This document shows positions 14,825 to 26,910 of a DNA stretch of 64,000 nucleotides, in pieces. Position 1 is the stretch's first letter, and each line of letters opens with the position of its first letter. The stretch comes from Eledone cirrhosa (taxonomy: Eukaryota), in contig OZ024754.1 of NCBI GenBank assembly GCA_964016885.1, positions 310,001 through 374,000 on the forward strand, written 5' to 3'. Made by a program: the position numbers and the translations under genes. The notes below the pieces were generated by a model. The model saw nothing but the letters and a program-made list of their open reading frames with translations, made no database searches and was not told where the DNA came from.

Positions 14825-15223
14825 TACCACTTAATAGCTTTGGCCCAGGCAAACATCCCCTCAATTTTGGTACCGTCTGGGTTGTCCAGAATTGATGGCA
14901 GAAGAGCTGACGGTCTTCCCCTGTGCTCCTGGTCAAGAGGCAGGTGCCTTATCTGGGACGCCACAGTTAGTGATTATTTTGCGTTTTCCGATTCTGGATG
15001 CAGCAGTAAGGGCGAGAGCTACATCTGCAGCCGAACGAAGTAAAATCCTAAAATACTGTGATGTCGGGATACTGACTGCAAGGTTCTTATCTTCACTGGC
15101 AGCCTGCCTAAAAGAGGTAACTGGTGATGATGCTCATGAAGGTGCTTAGTTGTTTCAGCACCTCAGCCTGGCCATCACCCGAAGTAACACTACGAGCGTG
15201 CTGGCTTGCCTCAAAAATTATTA
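14825..15223 (+). mobile_element. CRE/R2-group non-LTR endonuclease-domain remnant
   Basis: PSGLSRIDGRRADGL...WSRGRCLIWDATVSD; AAERSKILKY; FQHLSLAI-RSN. Confidence 0.75.
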
Positions 15224-15498
15224 GAGGTTTCCCAGTGCTCCTCACGATATTGTTATCTGGTAGCGTCTGGGTTGTCCACACCTTTCGTTGTATCTTGTCC
15301 TAGATGTGTGTATTAACTACTTGTGTTTTTGTTCTGTAAGCATATTTTTTATACATATAAATGTATGTATATGCACATACACACATGCGTGTAGGAAAAA
15401 TCCTAATCTTTCTTTCAATTTTCACTCTTATTCATCATTTTACGTCCGCTTTTCCCTGCTTGCAAGGGTAGGACGGTGTGTCATAGATATGCATGTGT

Positions 15499-15540
<42 letters not shown>

Positions 15541-15914
15541 TAGTTGAAGTGTTGGTGGCGATATGCCAGAAGTTGAAACTCGACACTTTTAAAAGTGAAT
15601 CTTGAAATAAGCAATACATTAAATTATTTATGTTTAATCATGTGTTACAAAATTTAGATAAATTATGATTTTCATTCATTATTTATTCAAACTTTGCTTT
15701 TCATCCTTACGAGGGGGGGGGGGGGGGGGGGGGGGTGTCGATAAAATAAAGTACCAGTACTACACTGGGATAATTGCTGGCCTTGTGCCTAAAGTAGAAA
15801 CAACTATTTATTCAAAGTAATCCAACAGGATAAACAGATATAAAACGGACAGTCCTGCATTACTTCCTATATTATACACACACACACATACATACATTAT
15901 ATATATATATAAAT

Positions 15915-16250
15915 CAGGATAGACTCGGTTTGATACTGGAGTTCCAGTAAAGGAAGTGGAAAAGCAATTTCAACAAATGATAGAAGGCTGAATTAAATGT
16001 AGGACTTGCCAATGCAGTAATGTGCTAGCTTCAGCACTTTGCACAAGAGTCCAAAATGTGGTTACAAGCAAAGCCAACCCACCAGGTGCCCCAGGGCTAG
16101 ACAAGGAAAATTAATTGGTAACATCCTAAAGCTTGGTTGGTCTCGCTTGTGGATATAGCTGATTGCTTCTCATAGGACCCTTAGGACATGAGTGAGAACT
16201 TGTCCCTGAGATGGTCGTGTGGGCAAAGAAGTACTTCAGAAGAACTAACT
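15915..16250 (+). mobile_element. RTE-type LINE C-terminal remnant (related remnants 29330-29495- and 58715-58810-)
   Basis: NILKLGWSRL here versus [14 protein letters not shown]...ASDRTHWR at 29.4 kb. Confidence 0.45.
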
Positions 16251-16324
16251 ATATCACAAACGCGTATCTGGTGTAATCATGTTAAAAATTTACCAAAATT
16301 GGTGCCAGTTTTTCTGTTGACCAC

Positions 16325-16503
16325 AGCACCGGGCAGGACACCATTTTATTAACAAAGGTAACATAAACAGTAAAAGATGTGTACATATAACATTAAAAAA
16401 ATGACAAAAGACATATGTAAAACTTTAATTTTTTATTCATTTTGTAATAAAAATACAATTCTTTATGTAGACACTTGCATTCATCTGTGATAGCCTTGTA
16501 CTC

Positions 16504-16545
<42 letters not shown>

Positions 16546-16563
16546 TCATGTGGTAGCCTTGTA

Positions 16564-16603
<40 letters not shown>

Positions 16604-16645
16604 CATACACACACACATCCAGCCACCTGTGATAGCCTTGTACTC

Positions 16646-16678
<33 letters not shown>

Positions 16679-16700
16679 CCAGTCATGTGGTAGCCTTGTA

Positions 16701-16775
<75 letters not shown>

Positions 16776-16797
16776 CCAGTCATGTGGTAGCCTTGTA

Positions 16798-16835
<38 letters not shown>

Positions 16836-16954
16836 CATACACACACATCCAGCCACCTGTGATAGCCTTGTACTCTATATATATATACTCGTCATATGTG
16901 GTAGCCTTGTACTCTATATACACATTCATCCAGTCATCTGGTAGCCTTGTACTC

Positions 16955-17004
<50 letters not shown>

Positions 17005-17788
17005 CACTCATCCAGTCATCTGTGGTAGCCTTGTACTCTTCCACTCAGTATATACACACATCCATTTACATTCAACATGAATTATCTGAATATATTTACA
17101 ATGCAATTAATGGATAACTTAACTCCAGGAGATTCCTCACCAAATAAATATTCATAGGTGATCTCTTTCCAAGCCCCCCCCCCCCCCCCAATGTTAGACA
17201 TTCCCCACCACCAATATCCCTGATACAAGAACAGAACACACAAAAGAATTAAACTAGCCTAGCAATGAGAAAAGAAATAGGTTTCATGGGGAGGTGGAAT
17301 AAGGAGAACTATAAGATTGAATAATAGTGTTATCCACCCCATATAATGTACAATACTCTAAGGTAAAGATAGAAATTAGAGTACATAATGCTTACTACTA
17401 CTATTGTATCAAATATTATTTTTAAATGATGCACTCTCATTGGAGCCCCTAATATAAACCAGAGAATCAATTAAGGGATGGGAGACTAGGACAAACTAAA
17501 AGCTAAATGCTCTGGTACAATATGTTTAGATACACTATGAAGAGCTGAGAAGGAAAAGACTAATCTCAGTAAGTTGTGTGTAATTGTCATGTTAGTCCTA
17601 GTAGCTATCTAGTACTGATTTATTCTCTTTCCATATAAATCGACCTTGGAAGGACAAGAGGCAAAACTAACAGTTATGACGAATATAGAATATATTTTGA
17701 ATGGCCCATGCTAGACTGCCAGAGATTTTAATATTAACTCTTTAATGACAATGTAAAACTATAAAGCTATACTAGCAAATTCTTTTGC

Positions 17789-17822
<34 letters not shown>

Positions 17823-17881
17823 ACAAACTTAAAGTCAACACTATCATTAATTATATATATATAATATATACACACACACAC

Positions 17882-17947
<66 letters not shown>

Positions 17948-19529
17948 CACAGCAGTTTATGAAAGTGGCTTAAGTGTGTGTAATGTAAATTGCATATTTG
18001 AACACTGTACTTCAAAATAAGACTAGACCAAGTTGAGGGCTGGGTGGGGGTGAGTGAAGAAATGAACGATAATGAATAGAAGGAAAAAAAAAATAATAAT
18101 AATGATAGCATTTTATGATAAATCCCCAGCCAATGATTGTTATTTCCACATGCCATATTTCAGGTCCCAAATACAATTGGTAAAGAGCCGATAAGGGGAG
18201 AATTTTTTTCATTTTTTTTTTTTTTTTTAAATTTTATTTTTACTTCAATATAAATTAGAAAACTTTTCAAAAATATTTATATATATATAAAACTAGACAT
18301 CTTTTATGTAATTCCCACCCTTTATTTTTTAAAATTTTAAATGTAATAATAATTACACCTGCCGAAAATGAACATGCTAAACTTTTTGATGGAAAGAGGG
18401 AGGGGGAGAATTGAAAACAAAATTTTGAATGATGTAGAAATGTGTTTTTTTCGGCTGGTGTGTATATATACTCATGAGATACACATAACAAAAGTCTAAA
18501 GTCTGTCTTGAGCCCAGGCTGGTACTTATCCCAGTCACCATGGCGACTGAGAATACAAGACTTCGCCCTGGACAGGACGCCAGTCCATTGCAGGGTTAAA
18601 CCCCCAGCTATTGCTGGTACTCATTTTCAGCTGAGTATACTGGAGCAATGTGAAATGAAGTGTTTTGCTCAAGAACACAACACACAACCTAGTCCCGTAA
18701 CTGAACCCACAACATTATGATCATAAGTCCACACTTTCCACTAGGCTACGCCCCTCCACATACAAACGGAATATGTTAAAAGCGCCATAAGAATAAAGGG
18801 AAATGGCTCTAAAGTAATTTTGCATTGATCGGCTGCATATCCATGATGCAACATTTAGCACCACACGGACTCAACAGGGTGTTCACACACAGCACATCAT
18901 CTTTTAATTATTATAATTTATGCATTGCAATGTTGCAAAAAAAAAAAAAAAAAAAAAAAAAAAACACACACACCACTCCTCCATGGGAGGGTTACACAGA
19001 GACTGATAGACTATTGTACAGTTTTTAGACATTTCAGGTACCCATTGCTAACAAACTAAAGAAACCCATTTAAATATATGAACAGGAGGAAAAAAAAAAA
19101 AAAAAAAAAAAAGCACGAGTCTTAGATTCCCTTCGGTCAAAAAGGGAGTGGGGTCAGAATATAGTCAAGCAGCAAATGGGTCCTGGTATTTTCACTGAAG
19201 AGCACTTGGAGAGCACAGTCTCTCCAAGTGCCAACTAATTCTGGTCAGTAGTTCCAGTGGCCTTGGTTTATTATCAGCATTTTGTGTTGCAACTCTGAAG
19301 TCTGGGCCAACACAAACCAATGAATGGCTTGTGTATATGAATATATATATTATATATTAGCTTTATATATATTACAGATATATATTATACACACAGCAAA
19401 TTCATTTTGAACAGTATTAACGACACCACTGTACACAAATGTGGTTCTATTTGTTTTGTTTTTTTAAATACCTTAAAAAAATGTTATTAAATCCTAATGC
19501 GAGTTGGATGTGAATGTGTGAACCACACT
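16325..19529 (-). other. Probable long U-rich PIM 3' UTR
   Basis: U-tracts on the mRNA strand (plus-strand poly-A at ~17792, 18937, 19090); AATAAA on minus strand at 16345-16350 and 16432-16437. The actual 3' end is not proven. Confidence 0.45.
16480..17045. repeat. Compound array: 9 copies of the core gtggtagccttgtactc separated by variable (TA)n(CA)n
   Basis: Direct inspection. Confidence 0.9.
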
Positions 19530-19696
19530 TTACATACAGCTAGCCGCTGTAGCAACAGATGGAGGGTGTTCAAGACTTATGCTCTCAATGTTAACTGGAG
19601 TTATATCTTTCAACCATTTGTGATTTAATATGTCTTTCAAGGTGGGTCTATCAGATGGACGAACAGACAAACATTTCCGAATTAAATCTTTAACAT
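19530..19696 (-). CDS. PIM: PIM exon 5 ([10 protein letters not shown]...[12 protein letters not shown]...SCM stop)
   Basis: ttccag|AT GTT AAA...TGT ATG TAA; kinase subdomain XI. Confidence 0.93.
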
Positions 19697-19830
19697 CTGG
19701 AATCAGAAAAGAAAAAAAAATATAATATATTACTCAGATAAAGTGAAACATTGGATGACAATAAGAAAACTAGAATCATAAACTATATGGAAACCCGTAT
19801 CAGTTATGTACTGTTAGACCTTTAACTGAG

Positions 19831-19868
<38 letters not shown>

Positions 19869-22847
19869 CACAAGCTTTAGATATGTTTTAGATATGAGTT
19901 TAATCAGCTGTTTATGGATACAATTTGGCAAAGCAGAGAATATTTTCTTTCACAAGAAATAGTAATTTAGGAAGAAAATTAAAGTTTAAAAAGGTGTTTC
20001 TATGAGTTTTAGATTCTTAACATCGACCAGCCTTTAAGAAAAAAAAAAAAAAAAAAAAAAAAAAATATCAATTGACAGTCCCTTACCTTTAGATAAATTA
20101 TCCTTAAATTGAAGTTCAGCTTTTACTATTTGGTCATCACGTTCAAATGGAATATCACCACAGACCATGTCAAATAACAAGATACCTAATGACCAGACGG
20201 TGGCTGTACGTCCATAGTAGCTATGGTTTTGAATCCATTCTGGTGGACTATACACTCTTGTACCTGTTAAGATTAGAAAAATAATTTATAGCTTTACAAT
20301 AATTAATATGAAAAAAAGCTGATATTTTAAGTTAAAGCATCTATATTATTTTTCCACTTTGATACTACTGATACTAGTGCGAAGAAAATAAAAATTACTC
20401 ATTTAAAGGTATGTAGTTTTGATTTTTGTTACTTGATATTACTGGTACTACTGAAAATAAACAAATCTAGTTTATCCTGAAAGCATTCGTAGGAATCGAT
20501 ACAGTAACTGATCAATGACTTGTCTACAGTCTTACAATAAATGCTACAATATTTCCATGTAGGGAAAGATTGCAAAGTAGAATATAAATCGTCCCATTTG
20601 AATTGGACAATTGAAAGACTTGGTGCTCTACCGGTTATGACCAACTAACACATACCCGATAGGTTTAGTGTTAACAGAGCAACAATTGTCACACAAAGAA
20701 CAGAAATATATTAGAAATATATTGATGGGTGGAGAAAGGAAAGTAAAACTTGTCCCAACTACTGTAACACAACATTACTGAATAGCTGTGTGCAGCAGGG
20801 CCCAATGTGAGCCAAACAGGGAAGCTTCTGCGGTTACTTGACCTGCTAGAAACTGCAGCCAAATATCTTTATCTTAAGTTGAAAAATGTAGTTCCTCGTA
20901 TATATAGAAATAAAAATAAAAAAAAAAAAAACGGAATAGACATAGCTGCATACCGATAAAATTGGCCAGTATTTCAGTTATGCCCAGTTCGTTTATATAT
21001 CACCAACAGAAATAATGCTTACCGTCAAATTCCATGTAGACGGAATCCTTAAGGAGAGCACCCGATCCAAAATCGATCAGTTTTAGCATTCCAGTTTTCA
21101 TGTCGACTAAAATGTTTTCGTCCTTGATGTCGCGATGTACAACACCAGCCTCGTGAATACCGACAACAGTATGTACAATCTGGGAGAAGAACCGACGACT
21201 AACTTCCTCGCTGAGGGGTCCTTTAGAGGTGATATAGTCGAAGAGATCCATCACTGGATCCGGACGTTCCATGACGATGATAAAACAACTGTTTGTATGA
21301 AACCAGTCCAACATACGAACTACACCAGGAATTCCGGCTACTTTCTTCAACAGAACAATTTCCAATGTTACTGGGATTCCATTCAGTTGGGCCCAGTCAA
21401 TTACTTTTCTTCTCTGAATTACTTTGATAGCAACCTAGTTTAAGAGAAAGAAAGAGAAAAAAACATACGTTAACAAAATATTTAATTGAAATTTATTTTA
21501 TGTTACTAGAAAGAAAACTCCATAAAATATAAATAAATTATCTTGGACATCCCCCATCCGAATCCCTCCCTTCCCAAAGATATATTAAACATAGCAAAAG
21601 AGAGAGAGGGGGGGGGGGGAGCTCGAGTGGGGAAATGGTTTGACTCATCCCCAGCTTCCCCGCACTAGTAAACTGACAGTTTCACCCCTAGTTCTATTTA
21701 TATCCACATAAGTTAGAGAATTTATAAAAATAAAGATACATACCGGTCGGTTGTCTCTCCTACGAGATCCACTATAGACAATCCCAAAACCACCTTTGCC
21801 CAGAAGTTGGTGGACGACATATTTATCTTGAAAACTGTATTTATCCCGACCTGAAAGAGAGAAAAAGACTATAAAATATAAAGCATATATATATAGAGAG
21901 AGAGAGATACAATTTAGAGGGCCTAGCGAGGATACAAAACAAATAAATAAAACGGGAGAGATGGTGAGAATGAAGGAGAGAGAGAGAGGGGAGAACGAAG
22001 GAGAGAGCGAGAGAGAGGAGAACGAGGGAGCGAGGGAGGAGGAGAGGAGGCGAAGACAAAGCAAGAGACAGGTGCGAACACACGGACACGAGGTGCAGTC
22101 CATTGACAACTTTTACTATATCCCAGACTCACTACTACGTGTTCCGAGACAAGGAATCAAAATATGTCTACCCACATTACTAAAATTATATTTTTTATAT
22201 ATTTTACAGCACAGGATTGAAACAAAAGCTTTAATTTAACTTAGAATCCCGACAGATTCCCTTTTCTCTTATAGAGAGATCGTGTATACAGAGAAAAATA
22301 GTATTTCTAGCAAAACCTAAAATAATGTTTAGGACAACAAAAATGTATATATTGTAAATAGATTGCACGATAGTAATTATAAATATATATTTCTAATTAA
22401 ATATTAAGATGGGAGTTACGAATGGTTAAATAAATATTCTAAGATGGGAGTTACGAATGGTTAAATAAATATATATTTCTAATTAAATATTCTAAGATGG
22501 GAGATACGAGTGGTTAAGATTATCAACTTAGTTTTTAAAACGGAGAATACAATTTTTATTTAAAGACTACAAAATGAAAAGAAATAATATCTGTTTATGT
22601 CTAAAATATTTCATTAAAAGCTGATACGACAGAATGTTCTACACCACCCACCTTACATATGGAACATTTTAAAATGCAATATAAACAAATTTTTTTTAAT
22701 TGTTCTTAATTTTAAGAACCTTTAATTCTAAATGTAAAAAAATCCTATTTAATTTATTTCGTTAAATTACATTTCTTTCTATAAAACTCTACCTTTGAAA
22801 TACGTTGGGATTATATATATATATATATATATAATCCCAACGTATTT

Positions 22848-22894
<47 letters not shown>

Positions 22895-23982
22895 TAACAT
22901 GAATTTATTAATGAATTGAGAGAGATCCAGTGAAATAATTATTATGGGGTTGGTTAAAGGAGTCGGGTTGAGAAAATAAATATAAGGTCGTCACTGTCGC
23001 ACTTGACTATTTCAGCAGATAAGGACAGACACACTAAGTAAATATCTTGAGTTATATCAAGTTGACGACCTCGTCTGGCTGTAATTTACTATCACAGCCC
23101 TCACTCTAGCTAAGCTTCCCGCCTGCTAACACATATATATATATATATATAGCCTGGTAATCTCCATATACCAGACAGTAAATACAACATTACTACATAG
23201 CGAAGTGCACTGGATATATTATAGTCAGATAGTATACACACACACACGGATATATATATACACACACACAGCAGACAGACCACTTTAGTGCATTGGCGTA
23301 TTCACTCCATCAGCATGAGCAGCACCAGCCAGCCAGCTGCCAAGACAGACACACAGACACATTAACTTAACTTGACCTAGCACATCGCTAGCGAGGTCAG
23401 GGCAACAGAAACGATGTTGATGCTGCTGCTACTGTTTTAAGTCTGGGCGAACACACGAACACAAACTGCACACACGCATTCACCAGTCTTCATACACACA
23501 CACACCACTCCACACACACCGTCAAGTACACACGATCCTAGTAAAGAGACAAGTCAGACAGTAAGAAGGCAGTAGGGGGTGGGTGGGTGAAGAAGAGATG
23601 GAGGATAAACAAGGAACACTGCGGGAGTTTAATAGTTGTAAAACCGTATCTTACTATAAACAGCCCAGACATGTGTGTATTGAATATATATATTATACTA
23701 TAACATTAACAGCCCAGACATAGATTATATATATATATATATATATATATCTTTACAGTTTTAATATTTGAAAACGAATTTTATATATATAGGCACATGG
23801 AGATTAAATATACTTACAAACGTGTCTATATATTATAGTGTACACACGTGTGTAAAAAGCTAAATCGCTTGTTCATTTTGACCCCCATCTGTCCCTTGTT
23901 CGTGGATGCTGGTCGGGCGCTGCAACTTCCATTTTACTAACTTCCACTTATATATATATATATACTTTATATATATATATAC

Positions 23983-24016
<34 letters not shown>

Positions 24017-24465
24017 GGTAAAGCAATGTGAAGACTTAGCAAACCATTAAACATCTTATGACTACAATGTTTACACAACAGAAATTAATCCTTTCAAAAA
24101 AGTTTATAAATATAAGTGTTTAGCTACTATTTCGGTCTACAAGTACATGTTTAACTTGAGTCTTTGTTGTACAACAATATTACTAGGTTTCCTAAAATGT
24201 ACTATATTACTAGTACATTATTTTCCTAGATAAATATATTTATTTATACAACATAAAATATAGCTGATCTGTGTGTATTACTAGTAATTGTTTTCTCAGC
24301 AAAAAATACGAAAAATAAATGTTAACGACAGCCTAAATTTAACAAAACAAAATGTTTAAATCGGTGTTTTTCAAGAACAAAAAAAAAAAAGCCAGCGTGG
24401 GTCTGGCTTTCATTGAGAATCACATTTAAAAAAACAATTCAAAACTCACCGTTAAGACTTTCCAT
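19530..24465 (-). CDS. PIM: PIM-family serine/threonine kinase, complete 5-exon gene (exons 24450-24465, 21744-21850, 21023-21434, 20087-20263, 19530-19696; 879 nt, 292 aa)
   Basis: Hand-spliced protein [33 protein letters not shown]...VAIK...[13 protein letters not shown]...[12 protein letters not shown]...[10 protein letters not shown]...[12 protein letters not shown]...[19 protein letters not shown]...SCM*. PIM-diagnostic ERPxP hinge, HRDIKDEN and [10 protein letters not shown]; all four introns GT-AG and phase-consistent. Confidence 0.95.
20087..20263 (-). CDS. PIM: PIM exon 4 ([10 protein letters not shown]...GDIPFE)
   Basis: acag|GT ACA AGA...TCT AAA G|gtaagg. Confidence 0.97.
21023..21434 (-). 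CDS. PIM: PIM exon 3 (VAIK to [11 protein letters not shown])
   Basis: ctag|GTT GCT ATC AAA...TTT GAC G|gtaagc. Confidence 0.97.
21744..21850 (-). CDS. PIM: PIM exon 2 (Gly-rich loop LGKGGFG)
   Basis: tttcag|GT CGG...CGA CCG|gtatgt. Confidence 0.95.
24450..24465 (-). CDS. PIM: PIM exon 1 coding part (MESLN-G)
   Basis: ATG GAA AGT CTT AAC G|gtgagt; phase 1 joins exon 2 (GT CGG) to make Gly. Confidence 0.75.
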
Positions 24466-24867
24466 TTTCTCCGTTATTTTGGTATTTCCAAGGTTTAAAT
24501 AATTTGATTTGGGATTTAAAATCCAAATAATTGATAAAATGAAAAAAGTTGATTAAGCAAACCAATTTGTATATATATATATATAAATAAATATATATAA
24601 ATTATACACAGATGGGCTTTATGTGGATACAAAAACAAAATTAAGTGAATTTACGCGGCAAGAATGTTGTCTGTTGTGGTTAATTAATTCTTAAAAACCT
24701 CCTTTGGTTATATTGTGGTGTAAGAAAAGAAAATTTACTAATTTACTAGTTGCTTCTAGTAAAGTCAGTAAATAAATTATTATTTGTTACTAGTAATGGT
24801 TTGTTGATAAAGAAAGAATCGTGTCTGGTAAAGATTTGAGAAAATCAAACGAAGGGTGATTCCTGTT

Positions 24868-24998
24868 GACTGACTGAAACCTACTCACAATCTGATTATA
24901 AGAGCGCCAAGTAGTGAGAACTTCTAACAGGGAATCTCTCACTCTCTTTCTCTTACAACTCTCTGGCTGTTATAGAGAGAGTATGAGACGGGGAGGGA

Positions 24999-25049
<51 letters not shown>

Positions 25050-25200
25050 AGACAAAGAGAGTGAGTGTTTAAAGGTTGTATCGAGATTAGAGAGAGATAA
25101 ACTAAGAGACAAAGAGAGAGGAGGAGAATGAGAGAAAAAGGACGTTCAAATGAAGGAAATTTTAAGTTGACCAATCAGATCATCCGACCAATCAAAAAGC
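24868..25200 (-). promoter_or_regulatory. Putative PIM core promoter: Inr-like TCAGTC (24868-24877), TATA-like TTATAAT (~24895-24901), two CCAAT boxes (~25170-25193)
   Basis: TATA-to-Inr spacing of 25-29 nt on the minus strand, ~400 nt upstream of the ATG; tandem gaccaatca motifs. Confidence 0.4.
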
Positions 25201-25648
25201 ACGTAGAAAAAAGAAAATATGAAAGTAAATAAAAGCTGATAAACAAAAATACAACACTACTCCTCCTACTACTACCTCTCTTTCATTTTCTTACATTCCT
25301 TTCTGTCTGTCTTTCTCTCTCTCTTATTTCTTTATTCTATCTCTCTCTCTTTCCTTCTCCCACTCCGCCACCTTTAACGAAATCTACAAAGCGCGCAAAA
25401 ATAGTGTAAATGGGATGGCTGAGGGGTTACAACAACCACAACAACAACAACCATCATCTCCACTTTCCAACCCTTTCTTATTATAGCCTTTCTCCTACCC
25501 GCCAACTTTATATCTCCCTCTCTATTACTGAATTACTACGCTTTTCTCTTTCACGCACACATGATGTGAGATACGTTCGAGCGGGAAAGTTGGGTCGTAG
25601 GCGGGAAAACCATCTCTCAGAAATGTTTTGTATACAAATCTCTCCGTG

Positions 25649-25695
<47 letters not shown>

Positions 25696-26017
25696 CTGTG
25701 TACGTATGTATGTACGTATGTATGTGATTGAAATATTTACAGAAATTCCCTAACTCCTTTACAATAATTTACTACCAGAAAATGCGTTTTCTATTTATTC
25801 TTCACAGAATTTCTCTTGGTATTTCTTTGTTTAGATCATTTCTTCTCTCTGTATCATATGTGTGTGTTGAAAGGCTATATTATACACACACACACACATA
25901 TATATAATATAATATATATATATACATATATATATGTATATATATATACATATACATATATATATGTATATATATATATACATATATATATATATACATA
26001 TATGTATGTATATATAT

Positions 26018-26240
26018 AGGAACGATCGACTTTTTTGGCAAATCGGACCGAGGGAACAATGTTTCCGTTGGTCTTTCCAATTGCTAATACTATCTATCGG
26101 TCGCAACTCCAGGTAGAAGGAGCAACGTGAAATAAAGTGTCTTGCTCAAGGACATAACGCATCGCCTGGTCCAGGAATCGAACTCACAACCTTACGATTG
26201 CGAATACAATTCTCTAACCACTCAGCCACACGCCTTCACA
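26018..26240 (-). mobile_element. tRNA-head SINE family B (related copies 2073-2330+, 6057-6255+, 18510-18757-, 55339-55470+)
   Basis: gaaggcgtgtggctgagtggttag...gagttcgattcc...ccttgagcaagacactttatttcacgttgctcc. Confidence 0.8.
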
Positions 26241-26812
26241 TGTATATATATGAGTATATATATATATATAAATAATTGTTTCTACTATTGGCACAAGGCC
26301 AGCAATTACCCAGTATTACTGGTACTTTATTTTATCGATCCCATAAGGATGAAAGGCAAAGTTAACCTTGGATATATATAAATAATATATATATATATGA
26401 GTATATATATATATAATATTTAGTGAGTTTTTTTCTCGGAGAGTCATACTACAACTCAAAACACACGCACTGCTTAAAAGTAAACGTAGGAAGTAGAAAG
26501 ATAAATATGTATCAGGCTACAGGCTGTAACGAAAGAAATTTGACGAAGCAGTTAATTATAGAATTGGTATTGGTGGATTATTTAGCTGTTTAATAACAAA
26601 ACTAAATTGAAACTCGGTGTTTTCATTGGAAGTATTGACCCTCCTAAAGTACAATATAAGATTTAACATCAGTCGCGAGGAGTACTCAATACCATAGTAG
26701 AGATTATTGTCTTCTATATTATGGCTAAATTATGTTCCTGTAATTAGTAGAAACAACAGCCAATATCAGACCAAATCTTTAAAAGAGGAAAGACACGAGT
26801 TTAAACAACGAT

Positions 26813-26868
<56 letters not shown>

Positions 26869-26869
26869 G

Positions 26870-26910
<41 letters not shown>

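Noticed and set aside
16480-17045. CRISPR-like repeat-spacer appearance (also the 46-, 63- and 49-bp arrays)
   Set aside because: Spacers are microsatellites or absent; eukaryotic context; no cas genes.
19530-19545. C-terminal ...ASCM as a prenylation signal
   Set aside because: Cys is at position -2, so it is not a CaaX motif.
26140-26240. tRNA-like A/B boxes
   Set aside because: SINE head continuing into a SINE body; no proper cloverleaf 3' end.
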